From an uncultured Verrucomicrobiae bacterium (GTDB taxonomy: Bacteria > Verrucomicrobiota > Verrucomicrobiia > JADLBR01 > CALLMV01), in contig CALLMV010000011.1 of NCBI GenBank assembly GCA_938005615.1, positions 3,025 through 67,024 on the forward strand: a stretch of DNA of 64,000 bases. The letters run 5' to 3'. The position numbers were made by a program, and so were the translations under genes. The notes under the pieces are model-generated. The model made no database searches, had not been told where the DNA came from, and saw nothing but the letters and a program-made list of their open reading frames with translations. Shown here one piece after another: positions 8,785-18,444 of this stretch (its first letter is position 1; each line of letters begins with the position of its first letter).

Positions 8785-10569
8785 CTAAATCCTTCTTTCC
8801 TCGTATGCTGGTTTAAACAATCCAAGTCCCCTCGGGCGTGAGAGGCTACCGCCTTGAGAAAACTCTTTGGCCAGTTGTCTCATCTCTTCTGGGCTCGTGG
8901 GCCCTCCTCTTCGAGGCGTGGGATGTTCGGGTGTGGTTTCGATATGGACAGTTTGTGTAGGAAAGGCAAACTCTACACCGAGAGTGCGGGCCAAACGAAT
9001 GATCTCGAGGAAAATGCGCTGGCGTTCGACTAATTCTTCTGCCCATGTGGGGACAGTTACGAAGAAGTTTAGCAAAATGTTTAAGCTGCTAGCACCAAAA
9101 TCATTCAGAGTGACTTGGAAAGTTTCCTTGCGCGTTGTTGGGTTGGCAATGATGATGTTCTTGATGCCCTCGATGAAGGCTTCAATCTTCTCGGCCGAAG
9201 TGTCGTAGGTAATTCCTATTGTTGTTCTGACGCGTCGGTAGTTTCGCATTCCCAAGTTGTCAACTTGACCGGTAACGATCTCAGAGTTTGGAACTGAGAT
9301 TAAGGAATCGTAAAACGTGCGAATTCGTGTTGAACGAAAGCCGATTTCTTCCACGATGCCTTCACTATCTCCCACTTTCACCCAATGGCCAACCCTGAAT
9401 GGGTGATCTAACATAATGGCTATTGAGCCAAAAAAATTGGCTAGCGTGTCTTTGGCAGCCATCGCGACAGCCAAACCACCAATCCCCAAACCAGCAACCA
9501 ATGAAACTACGTTAAAGCCGAGGCCTTGAGCGGCAAAAAGAGTGCCCAAAATGAGTACGAAGATTCTGGCGCTTTGTGAAAGCAGTTTTACCAGGTGATG
9601 ATCAATGTTTCCTTTGTTGCGTGCCCTCTCGGTGGCTATCCTGCCAAGTGTTCCGGTGAAGGTTACACCTGCCCAAACGATCGAAATGTAAAAGGTCAAC
9701 TTGACTATTGTGAGTGTGATTGAAAGCGGAAGACCTGTTATTTCTAAAGCCTTTACCGAAAAATACCAAAAGCTAGAAGCAATTAACAAACTGACCGGCC
9801 ACTCCATTGACTTGAGACACTCGTGATTCCAGGCTGGACGAGAATTTTTCATCGTCATGCAAATGAAGCGAAGCGTAAGCGCCACGATCAGCCGAATCGT
9901 CAATCCCAACAATATGAGGAGGAACAATCCCAACCATTGCCAGAGGGCGAGTCCTAAGTAAATTTGGTTTGCCCAAGCCCATTGAATTTTGAACTCGGCC
10001 CCTAAGCCCGCACCCATCCCTCCGCCCTTAACGTAAGGCAGATGCTTCACTTGATTGTACATGAGGAAAGCATCCCGCACCGTCTCTGCGCTAAAGAGAA
10101 ACGACTGTTTGCCGTCTTCTGTGTTTTGCTTGGTAATAATGATTCGCGTGCCAAGCCAACTCCAGCGACTCAATTCGCTGGATGCCTCTTCATCCGGCAT
10201 TTTTTTGAAGTCTGGCACCGCCACTCGATCGATGACTTCTTTAAGGCGAATTGCGGCTTGTTGTGCTTCCTCGCTTCGAGCGATTGCAGGCAAAAGGCTC
10301 GTGTCCAGGCAAGATACTGCGATGGCCAACGGGCCTGTGCCCGGCTCGCCACGTTTGACTAGTTCCCGGCGCTGATTCATCGAATTCCAGAAAACCTCGA
10401 ATACCTCGCGCGGACTGGATAGATTGGGCTCTCTGAGAATTGCTAAAGCCGAGGGCGGCTCAGTGAGCTTATCCGCTTGAACCTCGTGATTAAATGAGCC
10501 GAAAGTAATGAGCAAAGCGACTAGCAAACTATTTGATTCACGGGAAATAGGACAAAATGTTTTGCGCAT
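8785..10569 (-). CDS. MscS-family mechanosensitive channel with N-terminal periplasmic domain
   Basis: GLGIGGLAVAMAAKDTLANFFG, PFRVGHWV, EEIGFRSTRIRT, FAFPTQT. Confidence 0.93.
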   Translation of the reverse strand: MRKTFCPISRESNSLLVALLITFGSFNHEVQADKLTEPPSALAILREPNLSSPREVFEVFWNSMNQRRELVKRGEPGTGPLAIAVSCLDTSLLPAIARSEEAQQAAIRLKEVIDRVAVPDFKKMPDEEASSELSRWSWLGTRIIITKQNTEDGKQSFLFSAETVRDAFLMYNQVKHLPYVKGGGMGAGLGAEFKIQWAWANQIYLGLALWQWLGLFLLILLGLTIRLIVALTLRFICMTMKNSRPAWNHECLKSMEWPVSLLIASSFWYFSVKALEITGLPLSITLTIVKLTFYISIVWAGVTFTGTLGRIATERARNKGNIDHHLVKLLSQSARIFVLILGTLFAAQGLGFNVVSLVAGLGIGGLAVAMAAKDTLANFFGSIAIMLDHPFRVGHWVKVGDSEGIVEEIGFRSTRIRTFYDSLISVPNSEIVTGQVDNLGMRNYRRVRTTIGITYDTSAEKIEAFIEGIKNIIIANPTTRKETFQVTLNDFGASSLNILLNFFVTVPTWAEELVERQRIFLEIIRLARTLGVEFAFPTQTVHIETTPEHPTPRRGGPTSPEEMRQLAKEFSQGGSLSRPRGLGLFKPAYEERRI

Positions 10570-10621
10570 TTTCTTTTCTTGATAAAGCCCATCATCAAAT
10601 CAAGCATGAATCCTGGAAGAC

Positions 10622-12058
10622 ATGACTGCCACCTTGGACAAATCCCCCTCAACAGTAAATTCACCTGCTATAAATAGCAAAAGTCGCCGCCCCCAAGCGG
10701 AGATCCCTAGTAACTGGGTGCTGCCCCACAGCATTGAAGCTGAGCGTTCCCTGCTTGGCTGTCTGATTGCCGCACCGCGCGATATGTCGCAAGAAGCCTC
10801 CTCGCGCCTGATCGAAGAGGTCTTTTACGACCAACGCCACCAGATCATCTACTCGGCCATTCGCACGCTCCACGAGGCCAATCTGCCCGTGGACACCGTC
10901 ACACTACCCCAAAAACTCACAGACGCCGGCGTGCTCGATGCTGTGGGCGGCTATGGATATATCGCACAAATTATCGCCGAAGTTCCTACGCCGACAAACA
11001 TCTTTACCTATGCAGAAATCGTCCGCGAAAAATACCTCCTGCGCCGCGTGATGGTCGCCTGCGCCGAGGTGTTGCAATCCGTTAAAGAAAACGCCGACGA
11101 TCCCAAACCAGTGCTTGAACTGGCCCAAGAACAATTCTTCGTTATCTCCCAAGACCGCATCGAAAAAGAAGCCCAACCCGTCTCCGAACTCGTCATCCCC
11201 GCCCTTCGTCTCATCGAGAAGTATTACCAAAACAAAGGCAAAGTTGTCGGCATCCCCTCGGGCTTTGCTGATCTGGACTCCCTCACCGGCGGTTTTCAAT
11301 CCGGCCAAATGGTCGTGATCGCCGCCCGCCCCGGCATGGGCAAGACCTCTTTTGCACTCAACGTCGCGGAACACGCCAGCGTGGACGCCAAAAAGGCCGT
11401 TGCCATCTTCTCCCTTGAAATGACCAATCAGGAACTCATGATGCGCCTGCTTGCTTCTCGTGCCCGTGTCAGCAGTCAGACTATCCGAAAAGGCTTCACC
11501 ACACAGGAGGACCTCATGCGCATTACACATGCCGCACACGAAATCAAGGACGCTCCGCTCTACTTCGATTCCACGGTAGGCCTTACCCTTGCCCAGCTCC
11601 GTACCCGCGCACGCCGACTCAAAAAACGCTACAACATCGACATGATCATCGTAGATTACCTGCAACTGATCATGCCACCAGCCCATCGGCGCAACGACAA
11701 CCGCGCCGTCGAAGTCGCAGAAATTTCCGGCGGAGTTAAGGCCATGGCTATGGAATTGGAAATTCCTGTTCTCGTCCTGTCCCAGCTCAACCGCAAACCC
11801 GACGAACGTGGAGGTCAGCCTCGCCTTTCCGACTTGCGCGAATCCGGCGCGATTGAGCAAGATGCCGATATCGTCGGCCTTCTTTACCGCCCCGAAAAAT
11901 ACGCAGACGACGATGAAGAACGGGGCACCCTCACAGGTGAAGCCATTCTCGACATCCAAAAACATCGCAATGGCCCTACCGAAAAAATATCCCTCACCTT
12001 CTTGGAACAACTCACCCGATTCGAAAATCGCTCGCTTTCTTCACAAGATTCCTTGTAA
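10622..12058 (+). CDS. dnaB: Replicative DNA helicase
   Basis: PHSIEAE, AARPGMGKT, FSLEM, IIVDYLQL, LSQLNR, SDLRESGAIEQDAD, KHRNGP. Confidence 0.98.
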   Translation: MTATLDKSPSTVNSPAINSKSRRPQAEIPSNWVLPHSIEAERSLLGCLIAAPRDMSQEASSRLIEEVFYDQRHQIIYSAIRTLHEANLPVDTVTLPQKLTDAGVLDAVGGYGYIAQIIAEVPTPTNIFTYAEIVREKYLLRRVMVACAEVLQSVKENADDPKPVLELAQEQFFVISQDRIEKEAQPVSELVIPALRLIEKYYQNKGKVVGIPSGFADLDSLTGGFQSGQMVVIAARPGMGKTSFALNVAEHASVDAKKAVAIFSLEMTNQELMMRLLASRARVSSQTIRKGFTTQEDLMRITHAAHEIKDAPLYFDSTVGLTLAQLRTRARRLKKRYNIDMIIVDYLQLIMPPAHRRNDNRAVEVAEISGGVKAMAMELEIPVLVLSQLNRKPDERGGQPRLSDLRESGAIEQDADIVGLLYRPEKYADDDEERGTLTGEAILDIQKHRNGPTEKISLTFLEQLTRFENRSLSSQDSL

Positions 12059-12090
12059 AAAAAAATTTTTTCACACACTATCGCCGAAAA

Positions 12091-14451
12091 ATGAGACTAG
12101 TTGCACAAACAATTGCCGCATTAATCCTTTCAACACACACACTCTTACCTCAAGCCCCCCGAGTTGAAGAACTCGACCCCCTGCCAAGTTCGACCCGACA
12201 GACTTCTGCGGCACGTGACCCCAGATTAACAGGTCCCAAAGTGACCGAAATCGTCATAGATTACATCGGTCCAAAATCCGTATCCGAGAGCGTCATCCTC
12301 TCAAACATGAGAACCGCCGTCGGCCAGGTTTACAGCGATCTGATAATTGAGGAGGACGTACGAAATCTCTTTAGGACGGGACTTTTTACTAACCTCCGCA
12401 TATTTTCTGAACCTCAGCGCGGAGGTGTTCGTGTACGTGTCATCGTTCAGCCTCGCCCGCTTGTCAGGCAAGTCACATTTGCAGGATGGTCTCAGATCCG
12501 CGAAAATACCCTTCGGCGCCAAATCAAAACCAAGCCTGGAGATAATCTGAGCGAACCCCAGCTAGCCGAAGATGCCCGAAAAATCCTCGAATACTACCAA
12601 TCCAAAGGCTTCAAGGATGCACGAGTGGAGTTTGACTACTCTACAGATCAAACCACAGGCCGGGCAAACGTAGTTTTCAAAATCGATGAGGGTAAACGCC
12701 AAATCATTCGCTCCATCACATTCAACGGCAACAAAGTGGTTCCATCCCGAGAGCTAATGCGTGCTATCAAAACTCGTCCGCGCAGCATCATCTCCTTTCT
12801 GTCCGGAACCGGGGTCCTCCAAGACACGCAATTTACACAAGACCTCCGTGCCATCGTCGAAACCTATCAAAAACGCGGATATATCGATGCCGCTGTTACA
12901 GACGTCGAATTCCGCCCAGCGGCTAAAGAATCTATCGATATTATCATCTCTGTGTTTGAAGGGATGCAATATCGCGTAGGCACCGTCGGCATCGAGGGCA
13001 ACCGCCTTTATACTACTGACAGGATACGCCAGAACTTGCGCATGAAAGAGGGTGAGATTTACTCCCCCCAAGGTATGGATGATGATATCAAAGCCATACG
13101 CGACCTCTACGGTGCCCAAGGCTATATCGATACACGCGTTCGCCCGGTGAATCGCCCCAGTGTTCAGACTGGAATTATGAACATCAATTACCAAATTGAT
13201 GAATCAGAAAAAAGCTTCGTCAACCGTGTGATCATTCAGGGTAACAACCGTACAAAAGATAAAGTTATCCGCCGCGAACTGGCCCTCGTCCCAGGTGATG
13301 TGTACAATACCGTGCGGGCCGAAGCCAGCCAGCAGCGTTTAATGAATCTCAACTACTTCTCAAAAGTTGACATCTCCCCTGAAGATACTCTCACGCCCGG
13401 TCAGAAAGACATGGTAGTGACTGTTGAGGAAAAGCGCACCGGTTCTTTCACATTCGGTGTCGGCTACTCCACGGTCGACAGTGTCATCGGCTTTGTGGAA
13501 TTAACTCAGAGCAACTTTGACATTACTAACTTCCCATCCTTCGTCGGGGCCGGCCAACGCTTCCGCGCTCGCGCTCAGTACGGCCTTCAGCGCCAAGACT
13601 ACGTAATATCTTTTACAGAGCCTTGGCTTTTTAACCAGCGACTCCTCTTTGGGGTCGAAGGCTTCTATCGCAACGCTCAATACCTTTCCTCTTTCTTCGA
13701 TGAAGAGAGGTACGGAATCAATCTTCGACTTGCTAGACCAATTACAAACTTCATTACCGCGCGCGCTGTGTACAGATTTGAGAATATCAACATCAACAAT
13801 GTTCGCTCCTACGCGCCACAATTCTTCAAGGATGAAGCCGGTTCGCGCATCCGTTCTGCAGGCGAACTAGGAATCACATTCGACAATCGCGACTCCCTCT
13901 TCCTTACTCGAAAAGGCACAAAAATAGATCTCTTCTTTGAGCTAGCCGGTGGTCCTTTCTTTGGTGACACCGACCTCTACCGCACCGGTTTTGAGGCCCG
14001 ACAGTACTTCAGCCTGCCCTTGGATCTCATCCTACAACTCGGAGCCACAGGTGCAGTTGTTGATCATTACGGTAATTCCAACCGCGTCCCAATATTCGAC
14101 CGCCTCTTCAACGGCGGAAATGACACCGTTCGCGGCTTCCGTTTTCGTGACATCGGCCCCTACATCGGCAACGGCGTACGCATTGGCGGTAAAACGATGC
14201 TCATTCTTAACAGCGAAATCACGTTCCCCATCATCAGCCGCGTTCGAGGAGCAGTGTTTGCCGATGGCGGTTATGTGAACGAAGAAGCATGGGATTTTGA
14301 TTTCAAAGACTTTAACGCTGGCGTCGGTTTCGGCGTAAGACTTGACCTTCCAATCGGCCCGCTTCGCCTTGACCTCGGCTTCCCTGTCATCACAGATAAA
14401 TTCAACGATCGTGGCATGCAATTCCACTTTAATGTTGGCTACCAATTCTGA
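12091..14451 (+). CDS. bamA: Outer membrane protein assembly factor BamA
   Basis: POTRA repeats (GNNRTKDKVIRREL), VRGF motif, C-terminal FHFNVGYQF. Confidence 0.96.
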   Translation: MRLVAQTIAALILSTHTLLPQAPRVEELDPLPSSTRQTSAARDPRLTGPKVTEIVIDYIGPKSVSESVILSNMRTAVGQVYSDLIIEEDVRNLFRTGLFTNLRIFSEPQRGGVRVRVIVQPRPLVRQVTFAGWSQIRENTLRRQIKTKPGDNLSEPQLAEDARKILEYYQSKGFKDARVEFDYSTDQTTGRANVVFKIDEGKRQIIRSITFNGNKVVPSRELMRAIKTRPRSIISFLSGTGVLQDTQFTQDLRAIVETYQKRGYIDAAVTDVEFRPAAKESIDIIISVFEGMQYRVGTVGIEGNRLYTTDRIRQNLRMKEGEIYSPQGMDDDIKAIRDLYGAQGYIDTRVRPVNRPSVQTGIMNINYQIDESEKSFVNRVIIQGNNRTKDKVIRRELALVPGDVYNTVRAEASQQRLMNLNYFSKVDISPEDTLTPGQKDMVVTVEEKRTGSFTFGVGYSTVDSVIGFVELTQSNFDITNFPSFVGAGQRFRARAQYGLQRQDYVISFTEPWLFNQRLLFGVEGFYRNAQYLSSFFDEERYGINLRLARPITNFITARAVYRFENININNVRSYAPQFFKDEAGSRIRSAGELGITFDNRDSLFLTRKGTKIDLFFELAGGPFFGDTDLYRTGFEARQYFSLPLDLILQLGATGAVVDHYGNSNRVPIFDRLFNGGNDTVRGFRFRDIGPYIGNGVRIGGKTMLILNSEITFPIISRVRGAVFADGGYVNEEAWDFDFKDFNAGVGFGVRLDLPIGPLRLDLGFPVITDKFNDRGMQFHFNVGYQF

Positions 14452-14507
14452 ACCAAACTTTCTATTCTCGTGTCCTAACCCCATAAAAAATAACCAGCTA
14501 ACAAACC

Positions 14508-15101
14508 ATGAAAAAAATTACACTCCTAACATCTTTACTTACACTCACACTACTTCACCTCACCCCAAACATTCAGGGCCAATCTGGTCCGGTCAAAGTT
14601 GGCACTGTTGACCTTAATCTGATCTTCGAAGAACACCCCAAAACGGCTGAGGCACGTCAGCGCATTTCAAAAGTTGAAGAAGGTTACAGAACTCAGGCCG
14701 AACTCAATCAAACCAACCTCCGCAAGGATTACGAAAAAGCTAACGAACTCAAAGCCCGCGCAGAAAACACAGCGCTATCTAAAGAACGCCGAGAAGCTGC
14801 GCAACAGGAGCTTGTCAACCTCGTGCGCGAAATCCAGCAGAAAGAACAAGAACTACAACGAACAACGGCCAGCAATGTGCAAAATATCCAGGAACTCATG
14901 CAAAATCTCAGAAGCGAAATTGTAGATGAAATAACCCTCATTGTAAAAGACTTCGCCAAAACCAACAACTACTCATTCGTCTTCGATAAAACAGGCCAAG
15001 GCCTCACCAGCGCCCCGATTGTTCTCTACGCTGCCGAGGGCCTTGACTTTAGTCAGGAAATTATCAAGCTCATCAAAGACAAATACGCCAAGAAAAATTA
15101 A
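14508..15101 (+). CDS. skp: OmpH/Skp periplasmic chaperone
   Basis: Signal peptide, KVGTVDL, coiled coil, YSFVFDK. Sits in bamA-skp-lpxD synteny. Confidence 0.92.
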   Translation: MKKITLLTSLLTLTLLHLTPNIQGQSGPVKVGTVDLNLIFEEHPKTAEARQRISKVEEGYRTQAELNQTNLRKDYEKANELKARAENTALSKERREAAQQELVNLVREIQQKEQELQRTTASNVQNIQELMQNLRSEIVDEITLIVKDFAKTNNYSFVFDKTGQGLTSAPIVLYAAEGLDFSQEIIKLIKDKYAKKN

Positions 15102-15122
15102 TTTTACTCACCAGCCCGGCCC

Positions 15123-16190
15123 ATGATCTCCATCCGGGAAATCGCGCAAAAATTATCTGCAGAAATTATCGGCGGCTCCCCTGACTCTACGATTACTGGA
15201 GTCGCCGGCCTGCGCGACGCACGCCCTGACCAAATCTCCTTCCTTGCCAACGAAAAATACTTCCGCGCTGCACTAGCCACACAAGCAGGCGCCGTTCTCA
15301 TTGCCAAGTCCGGCCGCCGTCCGCAGATCCCCGGTGCCCTAATGTTGGTGGAAAATCCCTCAACGGCATTCGCCCAAGTCTGTGCCCAATTTCACAAACC
15401 CCTGGCCGCTCCAACCCCTGGTATCCATCCTGCCGCGACCGTTCACCCCACAGCCACTGTTCATTCCACGGCCACAATAGGAGCGGGTGCAGTTATCGAA
15501 GCTGGCGCCAAAGTTGGCGCGCGCACCATCGTCTCCCCTCTCGCATACATCGGTGAAGAAGCCATTGTCGGCGAAGACTGCCTCATCCATCCCCACGTGA
15601 GCATTCTTCACCGCTGCGTGATCGGCAACCGCGTCATCATCCACGCCAACACCGTGATTGGCTCCGACGGCTTTGGTTTCGACATCTCGCAAGAATCCGC
15701 CGCTAAAATCCCCCAAATCGGAATCGTCCGCATCGATGACGACGTAGAAATCGGCAGCAACACCTCTGTAGATCGCGCTCGCTTTGGCCAAACCTGGATT
15801 CAGCAAGGCGCCAAAATTGACAACCTCGTCCAAATCGCCCACAACGTAGTCATCGGCCCCCACTGCCTCATCGCAGGCCAAAGCGGTATCGCCGGCAGTG
15901 CCCGCCTCGGCCGCCGCGTCATCATGGCCGGCCAGAGCGGCGTCAGCGGCCATCTCGAGATAGGCGATGGGGCCATCATCACCGGCCAGACCGGGGTCGG
16001 CAAAGACGTACCCGCCGGGCAGATCGTCTCCGGCTACCATGCCGAACCGATGCTTCAGCTCAAAAAACGTCTCGCCCATGAACGCCGCCTTCCGGAATAC
16101 GCCAAGCGGATCGCCCAGATCGAAAAACAATTGCAAGAACTGACCGCCCTGCTCAGCACCTCAAAAAGTCTGGAAGAAAAAAATTCCTAA
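15123..16190 (+). CDS. lpxD: UDP-3-O-(3-hydroxyacyl)glucosamine N-acyltransferase
   Basis: Hexapeptide repeats, IGSDGFGF, KIPQIG, TSVDRA, KIDNLVQIAHNV. Confidence 0.97.
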   Translation: MISIREIAQKLSAEIIGGSPDSTITGVAGLRDARPDQISFLANEKYFRAALATQAGAVLIAKSGRRPQIPGALMLVENPSTAFAQVCAQFHKPLAAPTPGIHPAATVHPTATVHSTATIGAGAVIEAGAKVGARTIVSPLAYIGEEAIVGEDCLIHPHVSILHRCVIGNRVIIHANTVIGSDGFGFDISQESAAKIPQIGIVRIDDDVEIGSNTSVDRARFGQTWIQQGAKIDNLVQIAHNVVIGPHCLIAGQSGIAGSARLGRRVIMAGQSGVSGHLEIGDGAIITGQTGVGKDVPAGQIVSGYHAEPMLQLKKRLAHERRLPEYAKRIAQIEKQLQELTALLSTSKSLEEKNS

Positions 16191-16205
16191 CATTTTTTCA
16201 GAAGC

Positions 16206-16220
16206 AGAGAATCATTCTCA
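16206..16220. promoter_or_regulatory. Fur-like box
   Basis: AGAGAATCATTCTCA, a near-perfect 7-1-7 palindrome matching the boxes at 778 and 8765. Confidence 0.6.
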
Positions 16221-16225
16221 GCATC

Positions 16226-16417
16226 ATGAAATTAATTGAAGCCCTGCCGACAGATAAAAAAACTCGGTATTTACTTCCCAGAATTCCACTTTCAGTGCGT
16301 TATGTTCTTCATCGCCCTTTGAGCCGGTTTCATAAACGACAAATGGGCTTTCATCGCTATCGTCACCACGGCACATCGGAAAACAAAAAGAGCTATCTTC
16401 TAATCTTGCGTGTCTAA
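16226..16417 (+). CDS. Possible small basic hypothetical protein
   Basis: 63-aa ATG ORF just after the Fur-like box, with no recognisable family. May be non-coding. Confidence 0.25.
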   Translation: MKLIEALPTDKKTRYLLPRIPLSVRYVLHRPLSRFHKRQMGFHRYRHHGTSENKKSYLLILRV

Positions 16418-16669
16418 ATCGACAAATCATATCAACTCGTGATCAACTAGAACCCGTCACCACATCGCTTCATGGTCTACACCGGCTTGGCAACCTTGCC
16501 TAAGCTAAAAGTTTATAAAATCAACGATCCCACGTCTCATCACAAAGCACCGCCTAGTCGGCAATCGTGCTGTGCAGATGAAGTTGTGACACGAGTTCAC
16601 TTTGAGAAGAACTATACCTCAATCAAAGCTCTTGATTTCGTTCTGATTCAGAATCAGAATAAACATCTT

Positions 16670-16743
16670 CGGGCCGTAGCGTAGCTTGGTAGCGCGCTTC
16701 CTTGGGGTGGAAGAGGTCCCGGGTTCAAATCCCGGCGGCCCGA
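16670..16743 (+). tRNA. tRNA-Pro(GGG)
   Basis: Acceptor CGGGCCG/CGGCCCG, anticodon arm CTTCC-TTGGGGT-GGAAG, T-loop GGTTCAAATCC. Confidence 0.97.
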
Positions 16744-16782
16744 CACCTCAAAAAAGTACTAGCAGAAAGCATTTGAGATTTT

Positions 16783-16853
16783 TGCGGGCAGAGGGAATCG
16801 AACCCTCGACCCAAGCTTGGGAAGCTCATGTTATACCATTTAACTATGCCCGC
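16783..16853 (-). tRNA. tRNA-Gly(CCC)
   Basis: Minus strand GCGGGCATAGTTAAATGGTA...GAGCTTCCCAAGCT...GGTTCGATTCCCTCTGCCCGCA. Confidence 0.96.
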
Positions 16854-16930
16854 TTGCGTCAGATAACATACTCAAAAAAGTTACATAAAATCAAGTCTGG
16901 CCGGATGAATTATCTGAGATCCTGTTCGGA

Positions 16931-17728
16931 TTAACTTGCTTTGACTCTGCGCCACATTTCATCCATCTCGTCAAGGCTCTTGCCTGAAATTCCTTGAGCT
17001 TCAATCAGCCGAAATCTGTGTTCAAACTTCCTGCTGGCGCGAGACAGCGCCACCTCTGCATCAATCCCGCACTTGCGTGCCCAGTTGACTACGGAAAATA
17101 ATAGATCACCGAACTCCTCCTCCAACTTTGCGTTGTCGTCTGCTGCTGCTAAATCCACACTTTTCCTGGCAGAATCACATTCCTTCAGTTCTTCGGATAC
17201 CTTCTGTCTAGCACCTTTATCATCAGGCCAATCAAAACCCACGCGAGATGCTTTTGACTGCAGCTTCTGCGCCCGTGCCAGTGCGGGCAAACTGACAGGC
17301 ACCCCGTCCAACACACTCTCGCGGTCAGTTTTCTCTCGGGACTTCAAAACTTCCCATTGTGAAAGAACCTCCTGCTTACTCTTGGCATCACTCATCTCAG
17401 AATGCCCATCCAGCGTGGGAAATGGGCGAAAAACATGAGGATGTCTTGCGATCATCTTGTGTACAATCACACGGCACACATCCTCCCAGCTAAACGCATC
17501 ACGCTCTGATGCAATTTGCGCGTGGAATACGATATGCAATAGCAAGTCCCCCAACTCCTCCAACAACTCCAGGTCCTCTTTTTTATCGATCGCTTCAATC
17601 AACTCATAACACTCTTCGATGAGTGCTCCACGCAAAGATTCATGAGTCTGCTCTCGATCCCAAGCACAACCCTGGGGAGAACGTAGCTTCTGCAAAATCG
17701 CAACCAAAATTTCCACTGGCTTGAGCAT
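16931..17728 (-). CDS. mazG: Nucleoside triphosphate pyrophosphohydrolase MazG
   Basis: LRSPQGCAWDREQT, EECYE, EELGDLL, RHPHVF; second domain GFDW and EEEFGDLLF. Confidence 0.96.
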   Translation of the reverse strand: MLKPVEILVAILQKLRSPQGCAWDREQTHESLRGALIEECYELIEAIDKKEDLELLEELGDLLLHIVFHAQIASERDAFSWEDVCRVIVHKMIARHPHVFRPFPTLDGHSEMSDAKSKQEVLSQWEVLKSREKTDRESVLDGVPVSLPALARAQKLQSKASRVGFDWPDDKGARQKVSEELKECDSARKSVDLAAADDNAKLEEEFGDLLFSVVNWARKCGIDAEVALSRASRKFEHRFRLIEAQGISGKSLDEMDEMWRRVKAS

Positions 17729-17736
17729 GGCTACAA

Positions 17737-17744
17737 ACTATAGT
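17737..17744. promoter_or_regulatory. Candidate bidirectional -10 element (ACTATAGT)
   Basis: The palindrome reads TATAGT on both strands, 8 and 9 nt from the divergent mazG and elbB start codons. Confidence 0.55.
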
Positions 17745-17753
17745 CGTTGCACT

Positions 17754-18437
17754 ATGGCACAAAACAAAAACATTGCAGTTGTCCTTTCTGGCTGCGGAGT
17801 GTACGACGGATCCGAAATCTCAGAAGCTGTGCTCACCCTTCTGCACATTTCTCGAGCTAAAGCCGAGGCTGCTTGCCTAGCACCCAACATTCCTCAGCGT
17901 GATGTCACCAATCACCTGGCAGGCGGACGCTGCGAAGGGGAAATACGCAACGTGCTGGTGGAGGCGGCAAGAATTGCAAGAGGCAAAATCAAGGACATCG
18001 CACACGCTGATCCCCAAGATTATCATGCAGCAATTTTCCCAGGCGGTTACGGCGCTGCTAAAAATCTTTCAAACTTCGCATCACTGGGCGCGAAATGTGA
18101 AGTACAACCCGCCGTCCACAAATTTATCACAAGCATGCATGCCGCAGGCAAACCTCTCGGCTTCATTTGCATCTCGCCCGCACTCGCAGCACGAGCGCTA
18201 GGCGAATTCAAACCTCTATTGACTATCGGTAATGATGCCACAACTGCCCAGACTCTCACTGAACTCGGCGCGACTCACATCTCCAGTGCTGTTGATGAGA
18301 TCTGCATCGATGAAACCAACAAAATTGTCTCTACCCCCGCCTACATGATTGAGGGTGCACAACTTGCAGACATTTCTTTAGGCATCGAAAAGCTTGTGAA
18401 GGCCGTTATAAAACTCATTCCTAAAAACGGAAAATAA
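17754..18437 (+). CDS. elbB: ElbB-family glyoxalase (DJ-1/PfpI superfamily)
   Basis: AVVLSGCGVYDGSEISE, RNVLVEAARIARG, PGGYGAAKNLS, CISP, STPAYM. Confidence 0.94.
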   Translation: MAQNKNIAVVLSGCGVYDGSEISEAVLTLLHISRAKAEAACLAPNIPQRDVTNHLAGGRCEGEIRNVLVEAARIARGKIKDIAHADPQDYHAAIFPGGYGAAKNLSNFASLGAKCEVQPAVHKFITSMHAAGKPLGFICISPALAARALGEFKPLLTIGNDATTAQTLTELGATHISSAVDEICIDETNKIVSTPAYMIEGAQLADISLGIEKLVKAVIKLIPKNGK

Positions 18438-18444
18438 CACTTTC

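Noticed and set aside
10622-12058. Inteins in DnaB (also considered for GyrA/GyrB)
   Set aside because: Lengths are normal with no splice-junction motifs. The GyrB extra segment lies at the known TOPRIM insertion site.
16686-16934. 82-aa ORF
   Set aside because: It is a translation of the tRNA-Pro and tRNA-Gly genes.
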